37,413 nucleotides of DNA from a virus (lineage: Duplodnaviria; Caudoviricetes): the IMG/VR virus record IMGVR_UViG_3300038679_000031, positions 1 through 37,413 of that record. One strand, 5' to 3'. The translations under genes were made by a program, and so were the position numbers. Under the pieces are notes generated by a model. It saw nothing but the letters and a program-made list of their open reading frames with translations, ran no database searches and was not told where the DNA came from. Shown one piece after another: positions 9,451-19,342 of the stretch; the first letter of the stretch is position 1, and every line of letters starts with the position of its first letter.

Positions 9451-10636
9451 CGAGCAGAGTGAAGAAAAAGTAAAACTGAATTTGGGCGGCGGTGAAATAC
9501 AAATTGACGGATATATCAATGTGGATCGCCATGTTGGGAAAGAGGTCTATCCGCTGGAGTATCCGGATAACAGTGTCGATGAGATTCGAGCGTCGCATAT
9601 CTTAGAACATTTTTCCTACCATGACACGGTCAAGGTGTTGGAAAACTGGCTTTCCAAGCTGAAACCGGGCGGAATCATCAAGCTGTCCGTCCCGGATTTC
9701 AAGAAGATATGCGACCAATACCAGAAGCAACACGATAGCCCGATTAACGGATATGTCATGGGCGGGCAGGTTGACCAAGACGACTTCCATCGTGCGATTT
9801 TCGACGAGTTCAGCGCAACCCAGCTATTGAGGGCGGTAGGTTTTGTCGATGTTGCGCCGTGGGAATCTGACAATCTGGATACATGTAAACATCCCGTCAG
9901 TCTGAATATCCGGGCCATGAAGCCGATATCTGGAATTGTGATGGCCAGAAAAAAGATATCTTTTGCCATGAGTACGCCGAGGTTGACGTTTACGGAAAAC
10001 GCCAAGTGTCTATTGGGGGTTCTCTTGCGGGTTCCGGCTCAGGTGGAGTGGGGAGAAGGGGCCTATTGGTCGCAGGTGTTGACGAGAACATTAACGACCT
10101 GCATGGATCATGGATCCGACTATATCTTTACAACCGATTATGATAGCTGGTACACAGCAGACCATGTAAACAAGATGCTGTCGTTGATGGAGACCCATCC
10201 GGAATACGATGTTCTCGTTCCATTGCAAGTCCGAAGGGAAAGCGAACAGATTCTTTTGGGAATGGATAGAACAAAGGATGGGGTGACTCGGTTGACGAAA
10301 GAGGATTTCGCACAAGACATCCTCCCGCTATTGACCGGTCATTTCGGGCTGACCCTGTTTCGTCCATCCGCATTGAAGAAGCTGAAGAAGCCGTGGTTTT
10401 TGCCGATTCCTGACCCGAACGGGGACTGGGGCGATCTTCGCAGGGATGAGGATGTTTATTTCTGGTATAACTGCCGGGATTGCGGATTGAAGGTGGGGGT
10501 TGCCCACGAGGTAAAGATCGGGCACATGCAACTGATTTGTACATTCCCGGATACGGAGCAAAATAACTGGAAACCTCTCCATGTCCCGATATCGGACGTT
10601 CGTGCGGGCAAGCTTCCGGCCCATTGTATTCCATAA
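9440..10636 (+). CDS. SAM methyltransferase (type 11-like) fused to GT-A glycosyltransferase-like domain
   Basis: N-half KLNLGGG...GYINVD...SHILEH...LKPGGII...VPD; C-half DYD (DxD), HFGLTLF, PWF, EDVYFW, IGH. Confidence 0.82.
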   Translation: MLSNEQSEEKVKLNLGGGEIQIDGYINVDRHVGKEVYPLEYPDNSVDEIRASHILEHFSYHDTVKVLENWLSKLKPGGIIKLSVPDFKKICDQYQKQHDSPINGYVMGGQVDQDDFHRAIFDEFSATQLLRAVGFVDVAPWESDNLDTCKHPVSLNIRAMKPISGIVMARKKISFAMSTPRLTFTENAKCLLGVLLRVPAQVEWGEGAYWSQVLTRTLTTCMDHGSDYIFTTDYDSWYTADHVNKMLSLMETHPEYDVLVPLQVRRESEQILLGMDRTKDGVTRLTKEDFAQDILPLLTGHFGLTLFRPSALKKLKKPWFLPIPDPNGDWGDLRRDEDVYFWYNCRDCGLKVGVAHEVKIGHMQLICTFPDTEQNNWKPLHVPISDVRAGKLPAHCIP

Positions 10637-10646
10637 GGAGTGAAAA

Positions 10647-10832
10647 ATGAAATTGAGACTGATAAAAGCTTTCAACGGACTTCCTCCCGGCTTCATTATG
10701 AAAAATGCGTATCGCGGGGTCGGTCAGCAGTTGATCGCGCGCGGGATTGCGGTCGAGATTATCGAAGATAACGAGGATAAGAAGTGTTCCAAAACTGGTC
10801 CATCACGACGGACCCGGCAATCGAGCCGGTAA
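10647..10832 (+). CDS. small head-module protein
   Basis: AAGGAG RBS; LIARGIAVE motif typical of small post-capsid proteins. Confidence 0.6.
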   Translation: MKLRLIKAFNGLPPGFIMKNAYRGVGQQLIARGIAVEIIEDNEDKKCSKTGPSRRTRQSSR

Positions 10833-11371
10833 CGACGGCCGAAGCCAAAACGCACATGCGGATTACCAGCGTTGCCGATGACACCTATATCGGCCTGTTG
10901 ATTACCGCCGCGCGGCAATGGTGCGAATACTATCAGAACCGGGCCTATATCGAACAGTCGATTACAATGTACATGGATGATTTTCCCAGCGTGATCTACC
11001 TACCAATGGCCCCGGCGATCTCGGTAACTTCGGTCAAGTATTACAATAGCGCCGGAACCCTGACGACGTTGACTGCGGTTACGGATTACATGGTTGATGT
11101 TGTTTCTCAGCCGGGCCGAATTTACGAGGCGTATGACGCATCGTGGCCTGCGTGCAGAAGTATCCGCAACGCTGTACAGGTTATCTATAAGGCCGGGTAT
11201 GGCGCCGAGGCGGCGGATGTACCGGCAACGGTAAAGCACGCGATCAAGATTCTTGTGGCGACATGGTACGAGAGCCGCGACGCAATATCCGACCTGAAGT
11301 TTAATGAGGTTCCGTTTACCGTCAAGGCACTGTTAGACCCCGATTGTATGAACAATATCACTTTCGCATAG
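10784..11371 (+). CDS. head-tail connector (phiE125 gp8/HK97 gp6-like)
   Basis: EPVTTAEAKTHMR, LITAARQWCE, YKAGYG, VPATVKHAI..LVATWYESR. Confidence 0.92.
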   Translation: MFQNWSITTDPAIEPVTTAEAKTHMRITSVADDTYIGLLITAARQWCEYYQNRAYIEQSITMYMDDFPSVIYLPMAPAISVTSVKYYNSAGTLTTLTAVTDYMVDVVSQPGRIYEAYDASWPACRSIRNAVQVIYKAGYGAEAADVPATVKHAIKILVATWYESRDAISDLKFNEVPFTVKALLDPDCMNNITFA

Positions 11372-11377
11372 GAATTT

Positions 11378-11707
11378 ATGATACCGAACGGCACAGGATC
11401 GCTAAGGCATAGCATCGACCTGTACGGCTACACCGTGGCGAAAAATGGCTATGGCGAGGACGTGCAGACTTGGGCGAAATATGACACCGTCTGGGCAGCC
11501 ATCTATGCCGTATCCTCTTCGGAGGAAGGAAACGCGCAGCAAATAGTCGGAGTGGTAACGCACAAGGTGGTCATCCGATATTTATCCACGGTTGATATCA
11601 AGCATCGAATCTATTTTGGGTCTCGTGTTGCCGAAATTGTTTCCGTATCCAACGAAGGGCAGGGGAACGAGTATTTGGTTCTGTTGTGCAACGAGGTGCT
11701 ATCGTAA
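11378..11707 (+). CDS. head closure/head-tail adaptor (SPP1 gp16-like)
   Basis: GSLRHSI, TVWAAI, THKVVIRY, LVLLCNE. Confidence 0.88.
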   Translation: MIPNGTGSLRHSIDLYGYTVAKNGYGEDVQTWAKYDTVWAAIYAVSSSEEGNAQQIVGVVTHKVVIRYLSTVDIKHRIYFGSRVAEIVSVSNEGQGNEYLVLLCNEVLS

Positions 11708-12357
11708 TGCCTGCCGCACGGTTTGCCATGATGATCGAAGGCGCGGAAGAGTTGAAGGCCAAGCTGGAATCTCTCCGTCTGTCGGAACAACGCGGGGTCT
11801 TTACTAGCGCCTTGCGCGTTTCACAAAAGTTAATGCAGAAGATGGCCAAGGTGTTTGTGATGAATATGGTTGGCGGGACAATGGGCAAGTCCATCGCCGA
11901 AAATATCATCCTTCGTAAGTTCAAGAAACGCCGAAAGTATTCCGCCGGAGTGAACGTGTTTACCGCTCCGGCATGGATGGCTGCCTCGACACCGGGAACC
12001 ACGGACGACCCGACGGCCCCGATCTACATCTCGAAGTCAACCGGACGACGGCAGTATATCCCGGCGGCAATCGAGTACGGGCATGTCATTGTTGCACGAG
12101 GAAATAAAGGTCTTTCTAAAAGAAGACGCGAAAAGATACGCAAGGCCGGAAACAGCGCTGGGGTGAAGTGGGTTCCTCCGTATCCATATATGCGAAAGTC
12201 AAGCGACATGACGACTCCGGAACGGTTTCGGATATTGTCGAATTTCGTGGCCAAGTATTTCGAGGCGGTCTGGGCGAAGAAACACCGTCAAGCGTTCGAG
12301 TCGCAGGCGGCCGATTACGATACCAATATGGAACGCTCTACAGGGGATGAATTTTAA
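11707..12357 (+). CDS. tail completion protein (HK97 gp10-like)
   Basis: IEGAEELKAKLESL, IEYGH, PPYPYMR; synteny. Confidence 0.75.
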   Translation: MPAARFAMMIEGAEELKAKLESLRLSEQRGVFTSALRVSQKLMQKMAKVFVMNMVGGTMGKSIAENIILRKFKKRRKYSAGVNVFTAPAWMAASTPGTTDDPTAPIYISKSTGRRQYIPAAIEYGHVIVARGNKGLSKRRREKIRKAGNSAGVKWVPPYPYMRKSSDMTTPERFRILSNFVAKYFEAVWAKKHRQAFESQAADYDTNMERSTGDEF

Positions 12358-12761
12358 TGTCGATTGAAGGGGCGATTTACGATGTCTTGCACGATGACGC
12401 CACGGTGCTTGGTATTGTTGTTGCCAAGATATACCCGAATAATATCCCGCAGGGCATAACCGTTCCGGCGATATCTTATCACGAGATATCCGGGATGAGG
12501 GACCATGTATTAGGTTCGGCTACCGGATTAGTCATGTCCCGATACCAGATCAACTGTTGGGATGATGACTATGCCGGAGTTCGCACATTAGCCAACGCGG
12601 TACGAAATGCTCTGGACGATTACGCCGGAACGAAGGATTCAACCTATATCCAACGGGCTTTGATTGACGGTGAAAACGATATATCCGAATTTCCAGCCGA
12701 CACGCAACTGTTGTTTCGGTACGGCAAAGCATTAGATTTTATTATTTGGTTTAACGAATAG
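12357..12761 (+). CDS. tail terminator (DUF3168-like)
   Basis: KIYP..PQ..PAISY, RYQINCW, LANAVRNAL. Confidence 0.85.
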   Translation: MSIEGAIYDVLHDDATVLGIVVAKIYPNNIPQGITVPAISYHEISGMRDHVLGSATGLVMSRYQINCWDDDYAGVRTLANAVRNALDDYAGTKDSTYIQRALIDGENDISEFPADTQLLFRYGKALDFIIWFNE

Positions 12762-12771
12762 GAGCTAAAAC

Positions 12772-13236
12772 ATGAGTACAGGTATTCACGGGTACGGGGC
12801 CGTACTGAAACTTGGAACCGATGGTGTATCCAGCAATGCCACGTCCGTTGCGAATATTACAAGTATTTCTGGCCCGAACATGACAAGAGACAGCGTTGAT
12901 ATTTCCACATTGACCTCGGCCAGTATCACAAAGGAATTTGTTCCGGGGCTTATTGATCCGGGCGAAATCACATTGGAAATAAACTACAACGAAACCGATG
13001 CGGCCTTGCTGACCGGAACCACGGTCGGTATCAATAACCACTACCCGATCTATATTGCCATGAATTTCCCCGACGCAACGGCAACAGCGGCATCGGGAAC
13101 GGTTGGCAGCAGTTTCGAGGGCATGGGCTTTATTACCAGTCTCGGCCATGCTCTGGATACCGGATCGAAAATCAGCCAGTCGTGCACAATCAAACTGACT
13201 GGGGCATTAACCTATACAACTTCTGCGGCAACCTAA
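12772..13236 (+). CDS. tail tube protein, copy 1
   Basis: ITSISGPNMTRDSVDIS, KEFVPGLIDPGEITLEINY, IKLTG. Confidence 0.88.
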   Translation: MSTGIHGYGAVLKLGTDGVSSNATSVANITSISGPNMTRDSVDISTLTSASITKEFVPGLIDPGEITLEINYNETDAALLTGTTVGINNHYPIYIAMNFPDATATAASGTVGSSFEGMGFITSLGHALDTGSKISQSCTIKLTGALTYTTSAAT

Positions 13237-13248
13237 TAGGAGCATAAT

Positions 13249-13689
13249 ATGAGTACAGGAATACATGGTTACGGAGCGGTATTGAAGATGGGTTCGGCCG
13301 CATCTTCAGTGGCTTCATTGGCAAATATTTCAAGCATTTCAGGGCCGAATATGACGCGGGATAGTGTGGATATTTCCACATTGACCTCGGCCAACATCAC
13401 CAAGGAATTCATACCGGGTCTGGTCGATGGCGGAGAGATTACCTGCGAATTGAATTACAACGAGACGGACGCGGTAATTCTGACGGGCACAACGTATGGC
13501 ATTAACAATCATTACCCGGTCTATTGGGAAATCGAATTTCCCGATACGGCGAGTACCTCGGCGGCAAGCAGCTTCAATGGGGCCGGATTCATCACATCGT
13601 TAGGACATACGCTGGATACCGGATCGAAAATATCGCAGAGCGTAACCATTAAAATGACCGGAGCGGTAACGTACAGTACGGCCGCATAA
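13249..13689 (+). CDS. tail tube protein, copy 2
   Basis: Paralogue of preceding gene: SISGPNMTRDSVDIS, KEFIPGLVDGGEITCELNY, IKMTG; own AGGAG RBS. Confidence 0.88.
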   Translation: MSTGIHGYGAVLKMGSAASSVASLANISSISGPNMTRDSVDISTLTSANITKEFIPGLVDGGEITCELNYNETDAVILTGTTYGINNHYPVYWEIEFPDTASTSAASSFNGAGFITSLGHTLDTGSKISQSVTIKMTGAVTYSTAA

Positions 13690-13719
13690 ATAATCTTATA
13701 ACGAGTGAAGGAAAACAGT

Positions 13720-14073
13720 ATGGCGACAAAAGAAGAGATTTTAGGTTGTAACGATTCCAAAATTGAACCTCTGGATATCCCGGAATGGAACATGCGGGTT
13801 TACATCAAGACCATGAGCGGCACGGAGCGGGATTCGTTCGACCGGATGGTATTGGAAGGACGCGGCCCGGATAAGACGGCGAATATCCGAAACTTCCGGG
13901 CCAAGATCGCCGTGTGTTGTATCTGCGATGAAACTGGAAATCGTTTATTCAAGGATACCGATGTTGAAGCGTTGGGCGGCAAGTCGTCGATTGCGTTGGA
14001 TCGGATCGCGGAGGCGGCTTCAAAACTTAACGCCCTCGGAAAGTCCGATATCGAGGAACTTGAAAAAAACTGA
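13720..14073 (+). CDS. tail assembly chaperone (lambda gpG analogue)
   Basis: IPEW..VYIKTMSGTERD, CDETGNRLF, ends ELEKN*; between tube and tape measure. Confidence 0.88.
   Translation: MATKEEILGCNDSKIEPLDIPEWNMRVYIKTMSGTERDSFDRMVLEGRGPDKTANIRNFRAKIAVCCICDETGNRLFKDTDVEALGGKSSIALDRIAEAASKLNALGKSDIEELEKN
14064..14070 (+). promoter_or_regulatory. programmed -1 frameshift slippery site A AAA AAC
   Basis: GAA AAA AAC TGA; the -1 frame reads AAA CTG ATG GCA into ORF 14073..14393. Confidence 0.8.
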
Positions 14074-14393
14074 TGGCAAGGCCGGAGCGGAAGTTTTATT
14101 TCCGTCTGGCCGCCCACCTGGGGATGACGGTACGAGAATTGTTGTCTCGGCTCGATAGCCGCGAACTGTCGGAATGGATCGCCTACTACAATCTCGATCC
14201 GTTCGGCGAGGCCAGAGCCGATTACCGTGCGGCGATGCTGGCCTGCCTGACGGCCAACATCAATCGTGGGAAACATGAGCCGTTCAAGATATCCGACTTT
14301 ATGCCGAACTTTGAACCGAAAAAACCGCAGACGATGGAAGAAATGAAACGAATCCTGATGTCGATATCGAGGCCAGCCGATGGCAGTCATTAG
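14073..14393 (+). CDS. tail assembly chaperone C-terminal frame (gpT analogue)
   Basis: LAAHLGMTVREL..SRELSEWIAYY..PFG..RAD; in -1 frame of the chaperone. Confidence 0.85.
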   Translation: MARPERKFYFRLAAHLGMTVRELLSRLDSRELSEWIAYYNLDPFGEARADYRAAMLACLTANINRGKHEPFKISDFMPNFEPKKPQTMEEMKRILMSISRPADGSH

Positions 14394-15819
14394 TACATTG
14401 ATCGCTCGCATGATCGCCGACTTGTCCAAGTGGACTCCGAACATGGAGAAGGGCAAGCGGGATATGACCGCGTTTCAGGCGTCGGCGAAGATGCTCAAGG
14501 GTACGTTAAGCTCTCTTGGTATCGGTTTTTCGATTGCTGGGACTGCGTTTGCCGCATTAAAGCTATCGCAAAGGGCCAATGAGACATTGGACCTTGCACG
14601 CGGACTTGGGATGTCCGTAGAAAGTTTCCAACGACTTCGGTATGTAATGTCTGCATCCGGTGGCGATGTAGATGCTTTATCTAAAGGATTGTTTCAGTTT
14701 ATCCGGCGCGTCCAAGATGGCGGTGAAGGAATGGATAAACTGTCCTTTGTAATGCAACGGTATGGATTGACGGTTGAATCGTTACGAAGAAACCCTGAAA
14801 AGGCATTACTGAACATCACAAAACAGATTGATCGATTGGGTGTTACAACCGAAGTTACCTCCGACATGTTTCAGTTATTCGGTCGCGCAACTGTAGGGTT
14901 GTTTCCGGTACTATCAGGCGGAGCGGACAGCTTTCAGAAACTATCCAAAGAAGCGGAAAAGTATGGGGTCGTATTGTCCGAGGTACAGTTATTGCAAGCG
15001 CAAGTTCTTAGTATTCAGGCCGCCAAAGGAAAACAAATAATCGGATCGCTCGGCACAAAGATTGTCGGCGGAGTAACTTTTGGTATTGAGTCCTATGCGA
15101 AGGCATGGAAGGAAATGGGCCTGCTGGGTAAAATTACATCATCTACTTTGCCGGGCATGGTTTATTGGTGGCATAAAGCTGGACAAGCCGCCGTAGAATT
15201 GGAAGAAGATTATTACAAGCAAGTCATTGCTGCGAACGCGGCAACGGCGGCAACAACCATTTGGAATAAGGCGTTAGAGGAAAATGCCGAACTATTAAAA
15301 GACGTAGCATCCATCGAAAGTAAGTTGCGGACTCCCCAAGAAGTATTGGCCGACACGATCAATGTCTTGGATATTGCTCTCGGCAGAAACCAAATCACTC
15401 TGGAAAGATATGAAACCACTTTGGGCCGTTTGTATGACGAATTTGAACGACCTGAACGGGAGAAGATGGAGAAGTGGGCCGAACAAATGATGGAAGAGGC
15501 CATGACTCCGATGGATAAGTATCTGAGTAAGATGGATGAGATTACTAAATTAAGAAGGTATTTCTGGAAGGATGCTGCCTTAACCGAAAGAGAACTATAC
15601 ATACTGGATAGTGCAGTTAAGAACGCCGAAAAGGAATATGCAGATGCTTCCAAACCGGAATCCATTCGGCGAGGCCGCGATTCATTTATGGAGGTATCGC
15701 CTTTAATGTCAGTGTCTGGTTTAACGATTGGCAAGAGTCTGGAACAGAAACAGGCGGCGGATATTGCGGCAATTCGATCTACCATCGAAAGAATGTCGAA
15801 AGACTACGGACTGAACTAA
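14380..15819 (+). CDS. tape measure protein (short, 479 aa)
   Basis: STLIARMIAD N-terminus, helical Ala/Leu-rich body, LRTPQE and MTPMDKY repeats; follows chaperones. Confidence 0.85.
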   Translation: MAVISTLIARMIADLSKWTPNMEKGKRDMTAFQASAKMLKGTLSSLGIGFSIAGTAFAALKLSQRANETLDLARGLGMSVESFQRLRYVMSASGGDVDALSKGLFQFIRRVQDGGEGMDKLSFVMQRYGLTVESLRRNPEKALLNITKQIDRLGVTTEVTSDMFQLFGRATVGLFPVLSGGADSFQKLSKEAEKYGVVLSEVQLLQAQVLSIQAAKGKQIIGSLGTKIVGGVTFGIESYAKAWKEMGLLGKITSSTLPGMVYWWHKAGQAAVELEEDYYKQVIAANAATAATTIWNKALEENAELLKDVASIESKLRTPQEVLADTINVLDIALGRNQITLERYETTLGRLYDEFERPEREKMEKWAEQMMEEAMTPMDKYLSKMDEITKLRRYFWKDAALTERELYILDSAVKNAEKEYADASKPESIRRGRDSFMEVSPLMSVSGLTIGKSLEQKQAADIAAIRSTIERMSKDYGLN

Positions 15820-15831
15820 AAGAAAGAAGCA

Positions 15832-16731
15832 ATGACAGCTACCATCCACGATGTTTTGGTTAACGGCGAAACGGCTTCCGAAACCGCTACAGGTTTCACC
15901 GTTCAACGGAAGGTGATGATATCCAATCTTGTGTACGGAACCTACGCGCGCGGGGGCGGGCCGATCATCACTGTCGATAACCTGATTCCCGTTGCGTTGG
16001 ATGCTTTGGATTATTATTACAGCGGCCGGTATGCTATCGGAGCGCAACATCCGGGTATCCCCGCTCAATGCTATCTCCGCGAAAGATCGCCGCGTGCGGT
16101 ATCGAAAGACATCGTAGAGGTTACGCTATCCTACGAATCGTTTCTGATGTCCTATGCCAAGATGTCTTTTAACGGCGGGGTTGAGGGCGTTGAATGTAAT
16201 CGGGGGTGGGCCAGAACAACCGCATCGTTTGAATCCGGTGATGCTGCGTATGCCTCTTCAAAAGAGGATATGTACGTTCTGAATAAATCATCTACAAAAG
16301 AGGGATGTTCTACAAACGCTAATATCACTATTGTTCAGATTATCGCCGAACAGGACGAGCTTATATCAGAAGATGCACTGATAGAAAAGATCATGCTGAA
16401 TACGGGCCGACTTAATTCCTCTATTTTCTTTGGGAGAGTGCCTGGATTTGTGTATTGTCAGGAGATTCATGCAGATCGTATCTATGCGTTTCAGTACGGA
16501 CCCGACAAGACCGATATGGGATATTACAATGTTCGGTATGTATTCTCGTGCCGATTAACCCCCACGAATTTATATTGGGATAGCGAAGTGGTATATACCG
16601 ATCCAGAAACGGGGAGGCCGATAGACCCGTCCGTGGTTGGATCGCAACGAAAACGGTATCGTGTATATGGAACTACTGATTTTAATGCGTTGGGAATTCG
16701 GGGCATTCGTGCCCCAAGACAGACGAAATAA
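15832..16731 (+). CDS. putative tail-tip protein
   Basis: Position after tape measure; no family recognised. Confidence 0.55.
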   Translation: MTATIHDVLVNGETASETATGFTVQRKVMISNLVYGTYARGGGPIITVDNLIPVALDALDYYYSGRYAIGAQHPGIPAQCYLRERSPRAVSKDIVEVTLSYESFLMSYAKMSFNGGVEGVECNRGWARTTASFESGDAAYASSKEDMYVLNKSSTKEGCSTNANITIVQIIAEQDELISEDALIEKIMLNTGRLNSSIFFGRVPGFVYCQEIHADRIYAFQYGPDKTDMGYYNVRYVFSCRLTPTNLYWDSEVVYTDPETGRPIDPSVVGSQRKRYRVYGTTDFNALGIRGIRAPRQTK

Positions 16732-16740
16732 GAGGGTATT

Positions 16741-18090
16741 ATGGCAGATGTACGATGGATAGGCGGCGCGGCCGCTGTTGCACAAGTCGATGACATAACC
16801 CCTGGCGGTACGATAGAGGTCGGGGATATATTTATTTTGACCGTTACCGGGGAAAACGCCGATACAACTACGGTTACCTTTACGGCAACAGCGACGACAG
16901 TGGCCAATGTTACCGCCGGATTAACGGCAGCATGGAACGCCAGCACGCATTACCTTTGTACGCCGATCACGGCTGCGGACGTTACCACCAAGCTGACACT
17001 TACGGCGGATTCGGCGGGTGTGCCGTTCTATGTCGCGGCAACGACTACCGAAGCGGGCGGAGGGGCGGCTGACGATCAAACGATTGTCAGGTCGTCTGGT
17101 ACGGCCACTTCCGGACCCTACGATTTCGCCACGGCATTGAACTGGGACACAGGAGTTGTCCCGGGCGCGTCGGCCTTGCAAAGTATCATCATCGAAGGCG
17201 CGACGATCCTGTACGGATTGAACCGAACGGCGGCGGCGGAGGCCCCGTACTATGTGGAAATCAACGATTCGCAGATTTCGCAGAATCCATCGAGGGGTCG
17301 TGATCCGGCCTATCTCTATTGGGATGACGCTGCGAATATCGTCATCAATAATTACTATGGTCCGGGTTCACCAACCTACGCATCTCCGATGTTCATCAAG
17401 ACAACGGCATCGACGCCGACCATTACCGTCTATAACACAGGCACAAACTCAGATACCGATTTGCCTGCCGTTTGGCTTTACACGACGGACGCTAATGCGA
17501 TCATTAACGTACTGTCCGGCAAGGTGGGTATCGGATACGAGGAAAAGTACGCGGCTGGCAACGTCAATGTAGCAACGCTAAATGTCAGTTCCGGCGCGTA
17601 TGTCTATATCGGAACGGCAACCACGACGACGATCAACAATAACGGCGGAACGGTTGTACGCAATAACAGCGGCGAGTATATGGCAACCTATCGGCAGACC
17701 GGCGGCACGTTCTCAGGATATGGGGCGGCAACCACAACGATTATCAGCGGCGGAACTTATGATGCGATACACGATTCGGATACCTCAAGCTGCGTATTTA
17801 CGGTCAATAGCGGGTCGGTTACGATTAAAGACGGCGGGGCCTATACCGGATTGGTGGACTCTCTCATCCTTAACGGGGGGTATGTCTATTACAATGCCGG
17901 TGGAACGGTTACTCTGGCAACGGTGCTTGGCGGTACTCTGGATATGACGGCCTGTGCAAAAACCAACACGATTACCACCTTGAAACTGGACGCTCCTGGC
18001 GTGTTCAAGTACAACCCGGCCCAGACAACGCTGACGAACAAGATTCAGCCGTCCAGCACGAATAAAGTGATAACCTACGCGGCGGCCTAA
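16741..18090 (+). CDS. Thr/Gly-rich virion protein with beta-helix-like C-terminus
   Basis: xGG-turn repeats (NNGG, QTGG, ISGG, LNGG, VLGG); tail module position. Confidence 0.65.
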   Translation: MADVRWIGGAAAVAQVDDITPGGTIEVGDIFILTVTGENADTTTVTFTATATTVANVTAGLTAAWNASTHYLCTPITAADVTTKLTLTADSAGVPFYVAATTTEAGGGAADDQTIVRSSGTATSGPYDFATALNWDTGVVPGASALQSIIIEGATILYGLNRTAAAEAPYYVEINDSQISQNPSRGRDPAYLYWDDAANIVINNYYGPGSPTYASPMFIKTTASTPTITVYNTGTNSDTDLPAVWLYTTDANAIINVLSGKVGIGYEEKYAAGNVNVATLNVSSGAYVYIGTATTTTINNNGGTVVRNNSGEYMATYRQTGGTFSGYGAATTTIISGGTYDAIHDSDTSSCVFTVNSGSVTIKDGGAYTGLVDSLILNGGYVYYNAGGTVTLATVLGGTLDMTACAKTNTITTLKLDAPGVFKYNPAQTTLTNKIQPSSTNKVITYAAA

Positions 18091-18512
18091 TGCTACAGGA
18101 ATTCAAACAAGGTCCGGCAGGTCTTGTCCGAAGGATCAATGAGGCGATCCGTCTTTGCAAGCAGGTTTGGAATATGCGAGGGGACGGCACGATCACGGTA
18201 CGCCGCGGGGAGAACGGCGTTGTAGTCGGGCTGGACATCAATCAGTTACTTCCGAAGATACCGAAATCCGGCGGGGCAACCGGGATTCATTCGGCTTTCT
18301 GTAAAACCGACGCTGGGGCCGGGGCAACGATTGTATGCTTTCTGGATACCGACACGACGGGCACGGAAATCACGGTAAGCTGCGTGATCTGTGGAGGGAC
18401 AGCCCTCAACTCCGCTTTTCCGAGACTGGTTGACGGCACTCGAATCTTCGTCTTTCAGGACGGGAATACGTGGCGTGCGCTACAGATATTCCAAGCCACA
18501 GAGGACTGTTAA
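18090..18512 (+). CDS. putative tail-tip protein
   Basis: TAATG-coupled ORF in tail module. Confidence 0.6.
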   Translation: MLQEFKQGPAGLVRRINEAIRLCKQVWNMRGDGTITVRRGENGVVVGLDINQLLPKIPKSGGATGIHSAFCKTDAGAGATIVCFLDTDTTGTEITVSCVICGGTALNSAFPRLVDGTRIFVFQDGNTWRALQIFQATEDC

Positions 18513-19342
18513 TGTGTCCCGCCGCGTGGAATCCATCTTCAATAAAACTATACTCCAGCGCAACGGGGAAGATATGTTCCACGTGCTGTGGAACGTCGAT
18601 TACATGCCCCGCTAAATACACGGTCTCTTTTTGCGATCTTATTTCGTGCAGTCCTCCGGCATTCGGTTCTTTTGTTACCGGGACAGATTGGGGACCCGGC
18701 GATTTTGTATCATACAATGGAAGTCTCTGGCATGCCCGTACAACGCATTATGCATCGCAATGGTTTCCGCAATACTGGGAGGCATACGACCCGTATTACA
18801 ATGCGGAGCGGATGAATAAAACATTCGTGCTTACCCGTTCCGGAGGAGACTGTGATTATGTGTATGATGACGGCGTTATCTATATCCGGTTGCGGCTTTC
18901 CGAGCCAATATATAACCTGTTTTATGCGGACGTAAGGCATCGGCTATATCCATCCGAATATTCCCCTTATGGCGCATTAGATCCTTATAAAAACGTATTC
19001 AGAGGGTCGATAACGTACACTCCTTCGTCTCCCGTGTGGTGCGAAGAGGTCAACAATAACAGTTCTTCTGTTTCATGTATCGACCTGTTGGTTGATGGAG
19101 GGTTTACCTACATCTATAACCTAAACGGGAGCGATGTAGTCGGTCATAGCGGCAAGGCAAAATTCTGGCCTGGAACCTTTGAGGGATGGGAGATCCATAC
19201 CGGATACCAAGTCGGGAAAATCGTGGCGCATCGTGCCGAAAAATATACTTGTACGGCAAGCCACTATTCGACCCTCGCAAGCGAGCCCGGTCTTGGCGAT
19301 CAATGGGCGTCCTATTGGACGATCAATACGGATTGCGGTTAA
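18512..19342 (+). CDS. tail-associated protein with two CBM5/12-like carbohydrate-binding motifs
   Basis: WGPGDFVSYNGSLWHARTTH..W and W..GYQVGKIVAHRAEKYTCTASH..EPG..W; Cys-rich N-terminus. Confidence 0.6.
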   Translation: MCPAAWNPSSIKLYSSATGKICSTCCGTSITCPAKYTVSFCDLISCSPPAFGSFVTGTDWGPGDFVSYNGSLWHARTTHYASQWFPQYWEAYDPYYNAERMNKTFVLTRSGGDCDYVYDDGVIYIRLRLSEPIYNLFYADVRHRLYPSEYSPYGALDPYKNVFRGSITYTPSSPVWCEEVNNNSSSVSCIDLLVDGGFTYIYNLNGSDVVGHSGKAKFWPGTFEGWEIHTGYQVGKIVAHRAEKYTCTASHYSTLASEPGLGDQWASYWTINTDCG

